Shown piece by piece: positions 23,328 to 36,145 of a stretch of 64,000 bases of DNA. The DNA lies in NCBI GenBank assembly GCA_038087875.1, contig CM076001.1:560001-624000 (forward strand). Direction: 5' to 3'. Made by a program: the position numbers and the translations under genes. The stretch's first letter is position 1. Every line of letters starts with the position of its first letter. This DNA is from Malacoraja senta (Eukaryota). The notes beneath the pieces were generated by a model that was not told where the DNA came from, did not search any database, and saw only the letters and a program-made list of their open reading frames with translations.

Positions 23328-26300
23328 ATGCATGACGACAATCAAAAGAAAATAGGAGGAATCACATTATGTAGTTGGAATATAAGGGGGATTAATGAAC
23401 CTATTAAAAGGGGCAAGATACTAGCTCAGTTGAAATCATACAACACGGACATTGCGTTTCTACAGGAAACACATCTTAAACAGCAAGATCAGACAAGACT
23501 GAGGGCGAACTGGATAGGCCAAACATTTCACTCTTCATTTACCTCCAAATCTAGAGGTACTGCAATTATTATTCGTAAAGGAATTCCATTTAAATCAAAG
23601 AACACTATTTTAGATAAGGAAGGGAGATATCTTATAGTAGCAGGGGAGATCAATAATATGCCAATTACGCTGGTAAACATATATGCGCCTAACTTTGATA
23701 ACCCTCAATTTTTTAATAAAATTCTGAATATAATTGCAGAATCTAATTATCAAAATGTTATAATCGGAGGAGATTTTAATTGTGTTTTAGATCCTTATTT
23801 AGATAAATCGATGCAAAAACAAAAAGGTCAGACGAAATCTAAAACCAGTGAACTCTTACACACATATATGGAAAACACAAATATAACAGATGTATGGAGG
23901 ATTGCAAACCCGACGGGAAGGGATTACTCGTTTTATTCAATGGTGCATAAAACATATTCACGGATAGACTATTTTCTTGTGGATACAAAATTAATTTCGC
24001 AATCTCTGAATCCTAAATATCATATTAATGCGATCTCAGATCATTCTCCGTTAACTTTTGTTCTAAAACTAGAAGGAATGTCTATGAATAAACCGTTCTG
24101 GAGGTTTAACTCACAAATTTTAAAAGACCCTCAAGGGAGTATCTATCTAAAAAAACAGATGGATCTATTTTTTGAGTTAAATGATACACCAGAGATATCC
24201 CCCACGTTATTATGGGAATCCTTCAAAGCATTTATAAGAGGAGTCATTATTTCATTTCAAGCTTATCAAAATAAAAAGAATAAGAATGAACAAAGACACT
24301 TAGAAGATCAAATAAAACAGTTAGATATAGATAATGCTAAAGACCCAACTATGGATAAACATAATAAAATACTACTACTGAAATTTCAGTTAAATAAATT
24401 ACTGTCAGAGAAAGTTATAACATTATTTCAAATCACAAAACAAGAACACTTCGAATTCGGGGACAAACCCCACAAACTTCTAGCACGACAACTTAAAAAA
24501 CGGGAAAAAGAGAATGCAATATTAAAGATTAAATCAGATAGAGGGGAAGTATTAACACTACCCAAGGATATTAATAAAAGATTTGCTCAATTTTACCAGA
24601 ATCTATACACATCTAAAACGTCAATAGACAATAATAAAATCTCAGAATTTTTAGATAATTGTAATCTACCACAATTAGAACGCAGGGAACAAGAGGAACT
24701 GGGAGCACAAATTACTTCTAAGGAGATAGAAGACACAATAAAAACACTAAAAAATGGAAAAACACCAGGACCAGACGGATTCAGTAATGAATTTTATAAA
24801 TCTTTTTATGATATAGTTACTCCACGATTACAAAAAATGTATACATATGCTTATAAAGAGCAAAACCTACCTGAAACACTAGCGGAATCAACGATCATAT
24901 TAATACTTAAAAAAGATAAAAATATAGAAGAACCAGGATCATATAGAGCTATTGCTTTGTTAAATACGGATCAGAAAATAATAGCAAAAACATTAGCCAA
25001 TAGATTAAGCAAGTATGTTAGTAGACTAATACATGAGGATCAAACAGGATTTATACCTAAGAGACACTCATTTAATAATTTGAGACGTTTGCTTAACATA
25101 ATGCATTCACATAAATCTGATGACCAAGAGTTAGCTATCATCTCACTGGACGCAGAAAAAGCGTTTGATCAAGTAGAATGGGACTATATGATCAAAGTAT
25201 TGCAAAAATTCCAATTGGAAGAAAACTTTATTGCATGGATAAAACTACTATATAACAAACCTACGGCTAGAATACTAACTAATAATATATTATCTTCAAA
25301 ATTCGAATTATCTAGGGGCAACAGACAAGGATGTTCACTATCACCGCTGTTATTTGCTTTGGTAATTGAACCCCTTGCTGAAAAAATAAGAACACACTCG
25401 AATATTCACGGTTATAACACAAAATATTCAAACAACAAACTATCCCTATATGCTGATGATGTACTACTGTACATCACAAAACCACAAATTAGTATACCAA
25501 ATATATTAAACTTAATTGAGGACTTTGGATCCTTTTCAGGATATAGAATAAATTGGAACAAAAGTGAAATTATGTCGATTAAACCAAAAGACTCAACACA
25601 TCTCAGGAAATTCCCTTTTAAAATAGCTATGGAAAAATTCAAATATTTAGGAATTGAGATTACTAGAAATTACCATGATATGTTTAAAGCTAATTATAAC
25701 CCCCTACTTAAGAAATTAAATAATCTGATTAAATTTTGGAAAACACTTCCGATGTCCTTAATAGGTAGGATAAATGCTATAAAAATGATTTTCTTGCCAC
25801 AAATCCTTTACCTATTTCAATCAATACCTATATATCTCCCAAAAAAGTTTTTCAAAAAACTGGACTCAGACATTACAAATTTTATATGGGATTACAAATC
25901 CCACAGAATACAAAGAACACACCTTAACAAACGAAAAGAGTTGGGGGGTCTAGCGCTCCCTAACTTTATGTATTATAACTGGGCAGTAAATATTAAAAAT
26001 ATGATTCACCTGCTGGACAATTCTGCCCAGCAGGTGGACTGGATTATAATGGAAAAAGGGGATTGCTCCCCGAATAATATAGGAGCGATTATTCTCTCTC
26101 CAATAAATTTGAATAATAAAAATTATAATAAAAATCCAATTATATATAGCACTATTAGAACATGGAAGCAAATAAAACAGAATCTAAAATTAAGAAACCT
26201 ATCTCTCTTAATACCAATAGTCAATAACCCATCGTTTAAACCTTCAATCATAGATAAAGCATTTATACAATGGGAAAGAATGGGAATTAAAACGCTCGAA

Positions 26301-27119
26301 GATCTGTATGAATTAGAAAAATTACTATCATTCCAACAACTACAACTGAAATATAATTTGAAAAATAATCAATATTTTAAATATCTACAAATCTGTGACT
26401 ATTTGAAAACACACACAAAAGATTATTATAATATGCCTTCCGACTTACTAGATGAAGCAATGAAGACAAAGGCGGAATCAGTTAATTTAATATCATACTT
26501 ATATAATATCATCTTAAATATAGAAATACCCACAACAGATGGAATTAGAAGAGATTGGGAACAAGATCTAGGTATAAAAATTTCAAAAGAGAGTTGGGAT
26601 AATCATTTATTACAGGTGCATAAATGCTCGATCAACGTACGACATACGCTTATCCAATTTAAAACATTACATAGATTATATTATTCAAAAACCAAACTAA
26701 ATAAAATCTTTCCTAACGTCTCACCAATCTGTGATAAATGTATATGTCAAGAAGCTACCATAGCACATTCTTTTGTTTTTTGTACAAAAATCCAAAAATT
26801 CTGGTTTGAAATATTTGATATTTTTTCAAAATTAATCAAAATAAAACTGGTACCAAAACCAGAATGGATTATTTTTGGAATATCGGAAGGTATTCCTGAA
26901 TTAAACGTGTATCAGAAGAATTTACTCAATTATGGGCTAATAATGGGAAAAAAGCTTATACTTAAATTCTGGAAAAATGCGCCCACACCAACAATAAAAA
27001 TGTGGACATCAAATATGTTGGAAACATTACATCTGGAAGAGATGAGATTCCTCCTAGTAGGCAAAGTAGATCAATTTCAAAAGACGTGGTCTACGTTTTT
27101 GGACCTATTACAAGCATGA
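23328..27119 (+). CDS. L1 ORF2p (APE endonuclease, reverse transcriptase, CCHC), 1263 aa
   Basis: EN motifs SWNIRG, FLQETH, NIYAPN, GGDFN, SRIDY and SDH. RT motifs PGPDGF, SLDAEKAFD, RQGCSLSP and YADD. C-terminal CDKC..HSFVFC. Confidence 0.98.
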   Translation: MHDDNQKKIGGITLCSWNIRGINEPIKRGKILAQLKSYNTDIAFLQETHLKQQDQTRLRANWIGQTFHSSFTSKSRGTAIIIRKGIPFKSKNTILDKEGRYLIVAGEINNMPITLVNIYAPNFDNPQFFNKILNIIAESNYQNVIIGGDFNCVLDPYLDKSMQKQKGQTKSKTSELLHTYMENTNITDVWRIANPTGRDYSFYSMVHKTYSRIDYFLVDTKLISQSLNPKYHINAISDHSPLTFVLKLEGMSMNKPFWRFNSQILKDPQGSIYLKKQMDLFFELNDTPEISPTLLWESFKAFIRGVIISFQAYQNKKNKNEQRHLEDQIKQLDIDNAKDPTMDKHNKILLLKFQLNKLLSEKVITLFQITKQEHFEFGDKPHKLLARQLKKREKENAILKIKSDRGEVLTLPKDINKRFAQFYQNLYTSKTSIDNNKISEFLDNCNLPQLERREQEELGAQITSKEIEDTIKTLKNGKTPGPDGFSNEFYKSFYDIVTPRLQKMYTYAYKEQNLPETLAESTIILILKKDKNIEEPGSYRAIALLNTDQKIIAKTLANRLSKYVSRLIHEDQTGFIPKRHSFNNLRRLLNIMHSHKSDDQELAIISLDAEKAFDQVEWDYMIKVLQKFQLEENFIAWIKLLYNKPTARILTNNILSSKFELSRGNRQGCSLSPLLFALVIEPLAEKIRTHSNIHGYNTKYSNNKLSLYADDVLLYITKPQISIPNILNLIEDFGSFSGYRINWNKSEIMSIKPKDSTHLRKFPFKIAMEKFKYLGIEITRNYHDMFKANYNPLLKKLNNLIKFWKTLPMSLIGRINAIKMIFLPQILYLFQSIPIYLPKKFFKKLDSDITNFIWDYKSHRIQRTHLNKRKELGGLALPNFMYYNWAVNIKNMIHLLDNSAQQVDWIIMEKGDCSPNNIGAIILSPINLNNKNYNKNPIIYSTIRTWKQIKQNLKLRNLSLLIPIVNNPSFKPSIIDKAFIQWERMGIKTLEDLYELEKLLSFQQLQLKYNLKNNQYFKYLQICDYLKTHTKDYYNMPSDLLDEAMKTKAESVNLISYLYNIILNIEIPTTDGIRRDWEQDLGIKISKESWDNHLLQVHKCSINVRHTLIQFKTLHRLYYSKTKLNKIFPNVSPICDKCICQEATIAHSFVFCTKIQKFWFEIFDIFSKLIKIKLVPKPEWIIFGISEGIPELNVYQKNLLNYGLIMGKKLILKFWKNAPTPTIKMWTSNMLETLHLEEMRFLLVGKVDQFQKTWSTFLDLLQA

Positions 27120-27543
27120 GGTGCAATAGTAATTTAGAAAAACAAATAAATAAATAAAAGGTATCTGGACCTGGTAATGGGAGGTAAAATAAAAACAGAC
27201 TTGGTTGGTAGTTCCTTCTCTATGAAGTATGGTATAAGAATTATAATAGAGCGATTGTTCCTTCTTTCTTTCTCTTTTTTTTTCTAGGGTCTATTTTCTA
27301 ACTTTACTTCCTTCTCTAACTTCTTTTCTAAGGGGCTTTCTTTTCCCAACACTCTTTTGCACTTCACAACCTTTGTGCACTTTCTTCACTTTTCTTACTT
27401 CTTTCTTTTTCTTTCTTAAAGATTAAAAAAGTGAAGCGGTACAAAAAATGTATTAATATATACGTGTTGTACATTACTGTAATCTACCGTACTTCTAAAA
27501 AATAAAAAAAATAAAAAAAAAAAAAAAAAGATTTTGATCAGAA

Positions 27544-27858
27544 TCACAGTCATACAGTGTGGAAATAGGTCCTTCGACCCAACTTGCCCACACTGGCCAA
27601 CATGTCCCAGCTACACTAGTCCCACCTGCCCGCGCGTGGTCCATACCGCTCAAAACCTGTCCTATCCATGTACCTGTCGAACTGCTTCTTAATGTTGGGA
27701 TAGTCCCAGCCTCAACTACCTCCTCTGGCAGCTTGTTCCATACACCCACCACCCTTTGTGTGAAAAAGTTACCCTCAGATTCCTAATCAATCTTTTCCCT
27801 CTCACCCTAAACCTACAGTATGTCCTCTGGTCCTCGATTCCCCTACTCTGGGCAAGAT
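27544..27858 (-). mobile_element. CR1 LINE 3' fragment
   Basis: VGVWNKLPEEVVEAGT, plus 3'UTR. Confidence 0.85.
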
Positions 27859-28696
27859 CAGTTTATAATTTTTTAAAAAGGCACATATTTTGGGAGCATT
27901 TTAAATAAAACTTCTTCCACTAGACTTCCTTATCCCTCATAGAATAGGGAAAATTATTTTCATTCGCTATTCAGAGAAAGAAAATAATAGTCTGCAAAAG
28001 ATCACTTTTTTTTAAAGCTGATTTTCCACACAAGTTTATTTAACATGTAGCCTTGCTCTGTCACAGACATTGATTATTTATGAACAATGACAAAAATGGC
28101 TTTAAATTAGATAAAGGCAACATAAGTCCATCAACATGATGGCAAAATTACACGAACAGCCCACCCAGATTTATTTTTCTTTAAACAAAGCGTCAATGAA
28201 GTAGAGTCAATATTTGGGTCGTGACATGTGGGTTTCCTCATGAGATACACTTAAAAGATTTTCTTTTGCAGTTGAAAATTTTAACCTTTCCTTTCCTTTC
28301 CTTTCCTTAGAGAGTTAAATGAAGAAGATGCACAGATGTTATTGTGCTCTATAACCAGCACAGTGGTGCACATAGGCGAATGCTGCCTCACAGCTCCAAT
28401 GGCCCGAGTTTGATCCTGACCTGTTGTATGGAATTTTCACATTCTCTCTGTGACCACCAAGGTTTCCCTCTGGATACTCCAGTTTCCTCCCAGATCTCAA
28501 GATGTGTAGGTTGGTCAGTTAACCAGCCACTGTATGTTGCCGCACCTGTATACCCGAGTAGAAGAATTTAGTTGAGAGGAAAGTGATTGTAGATGATTGG
28601 AACTTGGGGAGTGTAAAATAAGCTCAGATAAAATCTGAGTATACACACAGATTCTAAATTGATCCAAGAAGATGATTCATTGCTCTATCTCTCAAT

Positions 28697-29238
28697 GAAG
28701 AAGAGGGGGGATCTTATAGAAACATATAAAATTCTTAAGGGATTGGACAAGCTAGATAAAGGAAAAATGTTCCCGGTGTTGGGGGAGTCCTGAACCTGGG
28801 GGTCACAGTTTAAGAATAAGGAGTATGTTTAAAAAAGAACTGCAGATGCTGGAAAAATCGAAGGTGGTCAAAAATGCTGGAGAAACTCAGCGGGTCTTTG
28901 AGAAACTCAAACTCAGTTAATGCTGAGTTTCTCCAGCATTTTTGTCTACCTAAGAATAAAGGGTAGGCCATTTAAGAATGAGGTGAGGAAAAAACCTTTT
29001 TCAGCCAGAGAGTTGTGAATCTGAGGAATTCTCTGCCACAGAAGGCAGTGGAGGCCAATTCACTGGATGTATTCAAGAGAGAGTTGGATATAGCTCTCAC
29101 GGCGAACGGAATGAAGGGATACGGGGAAAAAGCAGGAATGGGGTACTGATTCTGGACGATCAACCATGATCATATTGAATGGCGGCGCTGGTTTGTAGGG
29201 CCGAATGGTCTACTCCTGCACTTATTTTCTATGTTTCT
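28697..29238 (+). mobile_element. CR1 3' fragment containing a short Penelope-derived insert (28826-28950)
   Basis: CR1 C-terminus and 3'UTR. The insert is flanked by near-identical TAAGAATAA(G/A)G(A/G)GTA. Confidence 0.85.
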
Positions 29239-29536
29239 AATGCATTTGTTGAAGGATTGTTCCTTTGAGGATATAACATGATCTGCTCTCCGCTGAACCA
29301 TTGTGTGACTTGAGAAGCTACTTTTCACCCAAATAAAAATTTAAACGAGACAGGACTTTGCTGGATCCATCTATCCCTGGGCCCTAACCGAAAGAGTCAT
29401 GATCCCATTGTGGCCTCATCTCGATGACAAGATCCTATCCAACTGCCCTGGAGCATTCACAACTCCAGTGATTTTGCCCAAATGGTGGCAGGGCATCGAG
29501 CCATTCCACCCAAGTCCAGAAACACAGCCCTTTATA

Positions 29537-29893
29537 TAGATACATAGATACATAGAAAATAGGTGCAGGAGTAGGCCATTCGGCCCTTCGAGCCTGCACC
29601 GCCATTCAATATGATCATGGCTGATCATCCAACTCAGTATCCCGTACCTGCCTTCTCTCCATACCCCCTGATCCCTTTAGCCACAAGGGCCACATCTAAC
29701 TCCCTCTTAAATATAGCCAATGAACTGGCCTCAACTACCCTCTGTGGCAGAGAGTTCCAGAGATTCACCACTCTCTGTGTGAAAAAGATTTTCCTCATCT
29801 CGGTCTTAAAGGATTTCCCCCTTATCCTTAAGCTGTGACCCCTTGTCCTGGACTTCCCCAACATCGGGAACAATCTTCCTGCATCTAGCCTGT
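29537..29893 (-). mobile_element. CR1 LINE 3' fragment, young
   Basis: Nearly identical to the 3' end of the copy at 48583-50162, with a (TATGTATC)n tail. Confidence 0.92.
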
Positions 29894-30318
29894 GCATTTA
29901 TGCCATGACTGGTAGCAAAGGACCACCCAGGTTTGATCATTGTAAATACAAGTTATATTTCTGAATGAAATAGTCCCTCAGCAAATAACACATGTTCTCC
30001 AATCATCATTAAATTACAATGTTGTGGTGGACTGCTGCACATAAATTGGCTGCTGCGTTTCCCACAGAATAGCACTACATAAGTCATTCACAAGGAATAT
30101 CGCATTCTGGAACACACTGAGGTTGTAGAAAGCACCGTATGCAAAATCTCTTTCCATCCTTCTACTTCTACACATGCACAGTGTTGCAAGGAATGCCAAC
30201 TGTTCAGACTGGACCAAAAGCAGCAAGAGCAATCTGCAATTAGTCATGCTGATACTGGCACAGGGCATGTGGTAGCTCAGGTTTGACGCCATGTCTCTGA
30301 GCTTGGCAGTAGGGTAAT

Positions 30319-31500
30319 GGCCCTGTCTCACGGTGCGAGTTGACCCACGAATGACCCCGAGTGAAAGACTCGTGGTTATGTACGAGATTCCAAGTTTATG
30401 AACAAGAGTTTAACCGAGTTCCCACGGGTATGACTAAGTTTGCCGTTTACTTGTCATTTCTGCGATGTTCCAAGTTCGTCTCCCATGTTATCAAGTTCCT
30501 CTCCCGAGTTACTCTTCAGCCAACAACATCTACCGACGTGTTGAAAAATCATCACATGGTAAAAATGACTTTGTTTTATTCAACTTTAAGTGTGGATTTA
30601 TTTTTTCAGTGTAAGTAATTTCATTACATCTGTCTTTTCTTTAAAAAGTGGTTATAATGCATCTGCTTATCTGATGGTAGATGTCAAAACTTGCCATTGA
30701 GTGCTTTGCATTGTCTCTTTTATTGCCTGAATTTAGGCTTGTGCTCCATTTCTCAGCTGAATGAGAGTATATACTGGAAATACATTTGTGCTTCATTTGT
30801 TGATTTGCATGTTTGAGAAGCCCTTTTTCAGACCACTGTGTTGTTTGCTGTGGTGCTCCTTTTCTCAATATGTGCAAAAAAGCGTTTTTTAAATATTGAA
30901 CAAGATGAATAAAGACTTTGTTTCACATTTACCGTGCTGTTTGTCTTATTTTCTGATCTACTGAGAGGGGACAATTTTAAACATTTAAAAAGCACAGCAT
31001 ATGAGGCACCCGAGTCTTTAACTCTCACAAATGATTGTGAGAATCAAGATGTGAATATATTGTGCCACTTCCTCAATTTTGTGTGGTATGATGAAAGGAA
31101 TATAACATTCAAGTCATGAATATAACAGAGTAAAAATCACCTTTTTTTTACTCACCTTTTTTTTCTCTGTCCAGCTGCGGAGTTCAGAGTGCCCACGAGT
31201 TAACACGGTAGACTCAAGAGTCACTAAGTTTAACTCACGGGCCACCAAGTTCTTACGAGTTTAAATGTTTCAATTTTTAACTTCAACAGTAAATTTGACT
31301 CGTGGAAAACTTTAAACATGTTTGAAATTTTTCAAGAGTTATCAAGTTTCACGGGTACCTGCCGTTAGCGCCACGAGTCGCTAAGTTGCATCCACGAGTT
31401 CCGACGTTCCTGCAACGTTAATCGTACGTGATTACCACGAGTTTAATTTGTTTTAAACTCGGGGTCACTCGTGGGTCAACTCGCACCGTGAGACGGGTTT
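30319..31500. mobile_element. Non-autonomous TIR DNA transposon (Harbinger-like)
   Basis: ~40-bp TIRs: (C)CCTGTCTCACGGTGCGAGTTGACCCACGA(A/G)TGACCCCGAGT and its reverse complement. Subterminal CACGAG motifs and an AT-rich core. Confidence 0.78.
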
Positions 31501-31797
31501 AAGTTGGGCACTGCGATGGGTGGTGGCAAGCCAATACAGTGAGGGAAACTGAGAGGTTGAGTGGCCTTGTCAACTCTTGGACACCAGGATAGGATACAAC
31601 TTGTCAAACAGCAAATGTCTCTTGTGGGTAACATTGTCACCAAGCTGCCTACTTCCAAAGTCTTTAAAATACATGCCAACACACGAGTTTTGCACAGGGC
31701 AATCCCAAATCTTTTGAAGGAGAATCAAATGAATAAGAATTGAGATGAGCACTTGAATCAGCAAGACATAAAAGTTTGTCAGAACAGAAGCTGTAAA

Positions 31798-32101
31798 GGG
31801 TGGCACGGTGGTGCAGCGGTAGAGTTGCTGCCTTACAGTGCCAGGGACCCGGCCGGGTTCAATCCTAACTACAGGTGCTTCACTGTAGGAAGTTTGTAAT
31901 TTCTCTCCCCGACCTGCATGGCTTTTCTCAGGGATCTCCGGTTTCCTCCCACACTCTAAAGACGTACAAGTTTGTAGGTTAATTGGCTTGGTAAATGTAA
32001 ATTGCCCCTAGTGTGTGTAGGGTAGTTCTAGTGTGTGGCGGTGGCTGGTCGGCACGGACTCGGTAGACCAAAGGGTGGGTGTATCTCTAAACTAAACTAA
32101 A
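31798..32101 (+). mobile_element. tRNA-derived SINE (HE1/V-SINE-like)
   Basis: GGCACGGTGGTGCAGCGGTAGAG..GGTTCAATCC..TAAACTAAACTAA. Confidence 0.9.
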
Positions 32102-32187
32102 GAAGCTGGTAAGTGGGATTAGTAAAGACAGGCCTAATGATGGTCACTATCATGATGTTTCTGTGCTAAATGACTCAGACTCTATAG

Positions 32188-33110
32188 ATGTTTAAGAAGG
32201 AACTGCAGATGCTGGAAAAATCAAAGGAAGATAAGAATGTTGGAGAAACTCAGCGGGTGAGGCAGCATCTATGTAGTGAAGGAATAGGCAACGTTTCGGG
32301 TCGAGACCCTTCTTCAGACTGATGTGGGGTGGTAGGGGCAGGAGGAAGAAAGGAAGAGGCAGAGACTGTGTGTTGTGGGAGAGCTGGGAAGGGGAGGGGA
32401 AAGAGGGAGAAAGCAAGGACTACCTGAAATTGGAGAAGTCAACGTTCATACCGCTGGGTTGATATGAGGTGCTGCTCCTCCAATTTACGGTGGGACTCAC
32501 TCTGGCCATGGAGGAGGCCCAGGACAGAAAGGTCGGAATCGGAATGGGAGGGGGAGTTGAAGTGCTGAGCCACCGGGAGATCAGGTTGGTTATTGCGAAC
32601 TGAGCGAAGGTGTTGGGCGAAGCGATCGCCAAGCCTGCACTTGGTCTCACCGATGTAGAGCAGCTGACATCTAGAGCAGCGGATACAATAGATGAGGTTG
32701 GAGGAGGTGCAGGTGAACCTCTGCCGCACCTGGAAAGACTTCTTGGGTCCTTGGATGGAGTCAAGGGGGGGGTGGGGGTAAAGCGAAAAGTGTAGCATTT
32801 CCTGCGGTTGCAAGGGAAAGTACCAGGGGAGGGGGTGGTTTGGGTGGGAAAGGACGAATTGACCAGGGAGTTACGGAGGGAGCGGTCAGTGCGGAAAGCC
32901 GAAAGGGGAGGAGATGGGAAGATGTGGCCAGTGGTGGGATCCCGTTGGAGGTGGCGAAAATGTCGGAGGATTATCTGGTGTATGTGATGACTGGTAGGGT
33001 GGTAGCCGAGGACAAGGGGGACTCTGTCCTTGTTACGAGTCGGGGGTGGGTAGTGAGAGCAGAGTTACTTACGGGGTTTAGAAGAGACCCTGGTGAGAGC
33101 TTCATCTATA
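32188..33110 (-). mobile_element. Penelope-like element, 5'-truncated
   Basis: FTCTSSNLIYCIRCSRCQLLYIGETKCRLGDRF (GIY-YIG), with a terminal repeat carrying the hammerhead core. Confidence 0.9.
32287..32321 (-). ncRNA. Minimal hammerhead ribozyme-like motif
   Basis: Minus strand reads CAGU-CUGAAGA-A-GGG(UCUCGA)CCC-GAAAC-GUU-GC. Confidence 0.65.
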
Positions 33111-34387
33111 GTCGAGTCTTCGACAACAATCAGCCATTAAGGAGATGCACCACACATTCATGATAGGTAAAAAAGAAGCAACCTACCCTCAGAAGTTGAG
33201 ACACTCAGCATTTAAGCTTTGAGTTTGTCTTCAAATGTAGTTGGCTGGGCCCAGAGGACAAGCTTGCAGAAATATATGCAGCAATTTATCTTTCATTTGT
33301 TGTTTTAAGGAAGGATTACAGGAGAATACGTGTATTATGTAGATTTACTGGTTAATGGCAGTAAATACTGGTTGTGTCTTACTGTAGAGGGGATTAATCC
33401 TTAAACAGAGAAGAGGCAAGTCTCCTTGTCATAATGAAAGATAACGCTCATTTCCTGTTGGTGATTTTATTCAATCTCTGCACATTGAACCTATCGTTTT
33501 GCTTGGGGCTGTTGTGAGGATTGGGTGGTGAAGGAGGTAGGAAAGTGCAGGGGTGGGGGGGGGGGGAAGTGAGTTGCTAATTTCCAATCAGCTCAAATTC
33601 ACTGTCGGCAATTGTCTTGGACTTAAGAACAAGAAACAGAAGAAGCAGACCATTCAGCTCTTTGAGCCTGCTTCACCATTCAATAACGCTACTGCTCGCT
33701 CTGCTCCTGGCCACAGTCCCATATTCCTATCCGATCCTTATAATCCTCATTTGCCCTATGGTCCGAATTTCATCCCAAACTTGAATATACTTAATGACTG
33801 GGCACCCACAGCTCACTAGAGTAGAAAGTATCCAAGAATCATAAATCATTTGAGAGGAAATTGCTTTTCATCAGAGTTTTACATGGGTATCTCTTTATCT
33901 TTAGACCACACACTGACCATCAGCTTGCACAGGATGGCTGGTTTCAACAGTAGATGCAGATGGCTCATGTTTCTCGGCTGCCAGAACATGGTGAAGATGC
34001 TATTCACCAGGAAGGAGCGGGGCAAAAACTCACGCTTTCATGCTCTAAGCCAGGCACGGAAATCGCTATCAAAACAGGGGGGGGCGTGTCCCCCCTGCCC
34101 CCCCCCCCGGATTTCCACCCCTGCTCTAAGCATCTTGTATCATATTCCTAGATTAAAGCCGGACAGTTGCTAAGGGGTTTCTAAATTATGCACTCAAGGA
34201 AACTATAAGAAACCTACATATACATGGAGCTCTTCAAGTGTTCAGCAGGACATCTCTAATATTTTCCTACCAGTGTAAGGCTTCTGTATAGTCACATATG
34301 GCAGCATTTTGTGCACAGCAAGCTCCTAAAGCAGCAATATGACAGCAACCAGGTTATGTCCTTCTTGACTGATGATAGCGGGATCGG

Positions 34388-34682
34388 TTTAGTTTCGTTT
34401 AGTGATACAGCGCGGAAACAGGCCCTTCGGCCCACTGAGTCCGCACTGACTAGCGATTCCCGCACTCTAACACAATTCTACTTACACTCCATTACCAAGC
34501 TAATTAACCTACAAACCTGTACGTCTTTGGAGTGTAGGAGGAAACCGAGGATCTCTGAGAAAACCCACAGGGAGAACATACAAATTCCGTACAGATAGCA
34601 CCCGTCTTCATGATCGAACCAGAGTTTCTGCCGTTGCAAGCACTGTAAGGCAGCAACTCCTCCGTTGCATCACCATGCCACC
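34388..34682 (-). mobile_element. tRNA-derived SINE
   Basis: Matches the other SINE copies. Confidence 0.85.
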
Positions 34683-35494
34683 AGATAAGTACAGCAAAAC
34701 TCCAAAAATCAATTGTTTAGAAATCCAGGCTCATCATATTTTATTTCCCACACTCCCTTTAAACTCACCAGGGCTTCGTTTCCAGTCCTTCCTTTATGAT
34801 CACTGGGGCCCACGTTACCACTGCCTTTAAATAGAAGGGTCTTTGGAAAATGTAATGTACTGTTATGTAACATGTACAAAATGTCAATAGTGGGAGGAAA
34901 CCAGAGCCTCTGGAAGAAAGCCACAACTTACAGCATAGTGGCTGGCACTGGTGCCTTACACTTCCAGGGTACTGTATGTATACTCTCCCCCCTAAGACCA
35001 AGAGAGCACCCAAGGCCAGGATTGAACCTGAGTTTCCTGGACCTATGAGGCACTAACACCAATCACTGCATTATCATGCAACTGGATTCTGTAATAAGTT
35101 TTTATAGAGTCATAGAGTGATGCAGTGCAGAACCAGGCCCTTCGGACCTACTTGCCCATACCATCCAACATATCCTAGCTACACCAGTCCCACCAGCTCG
35201 CGTTTGGCCAATATCCCTGTCAACCTGTCCTATCCATGTACCCGTCTAATTTTTAATCTAATATTACCATCAAGCTAGTGGATCAAATCTAAGTTGGCAT
35301 GTGCTGATGAACAATTGATTAAAATACCAGGAAATGGAAGCTAAAACAGGCCACAGCCCACCTGTCCATTCAATATTATCATGCCTGATCTGTCCCAGGC
35401 CATTCTGCTCTTCTGTGCCAAGCTCCCATAGCCCTCAATTCCTTGACCATTCAAAAAATTATATGACCCTCTTTGAATACTGCATCTCAATCAA

Positions 35495-36145
35495 TGTAGC
35501 CCATCAATGCCTCTGCTTCCTGAGAAGATTGTGGAGATTCGGTATGTCAGAGAGGACTCTTGTGAACTTCTACAGGTGTACAGTAGAGAGCATATTGACT
35601 GGTTGCATCACGGCCTGGTTAGGCAATTTAAATGCCCAGGAGAAAAGACTGCAAAAAGTTGTGAACATTGCCGAGTCCATTGACCTCCTCATCATCGAAG
35701 GGATCTACAGGTTGCACTGTCTCAAAAAGGCAGCCAGCATCATCAGAGACCCACACCACCCTGGCCACACACTCATTTCACCCCTGCCATCACGAAGAAG
35801 GTACAGGAGCCTGAAAACTGTAATGTCTAGGTGCAGGAACAGCTTCTTCCCTATGGTCATCAGGCTATTAAACAATGCAACCTCCAAATAAGCTCTGAAC
35901 TACATAGACTTGGGGGCATCAGTTTTGGCTTTTTGCATTATTATGGTATGTTTGTTTTATGTGTACATATGTGTTTGTGTATGTGTATGTGTGTGTAGTG
36001 TATGTTTATATATACACACACTGAACTTTTGTCTTTGTTTATTATATTCAGTGTGCTAAGTATACATATTCTGCTGTGCTGCTGCATGTAAGAATGTCAT
36101 TGTTTTATCTGGGACATATGACAATAAAACACTCTTGACTTGACT
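35495..36145 (+). mobile_element. Rex1/Babar LINE 3' fragment
   Basis: AHQCLCFLRRL..FYRCTVESILTGCITAW..DPHHPGH..RRYRSL..NSFFP, with an AATAAA-(CTTGA)n tail. Confidence 0.88.

Larger units (their letters stand above)
20921..27528 (+). mobile_element. Full-length L1 (LINE-1 clade) element
   Basis: 15-bp TSD AGATTTTGATCAGAA at 20906-20920 and 27529-27543, CpG-rich 5'UTR, two uninterrupted ORFs, pyrimidine-rich 3'UTR and A-rich tail. Confidence 0.97.

Noticed and set aside
31798..31875. tRNA-like sequences, here and at the other SINE heads
   Set aside because: They continue into the SINE core and tail and do not form a complete cloverleaf.
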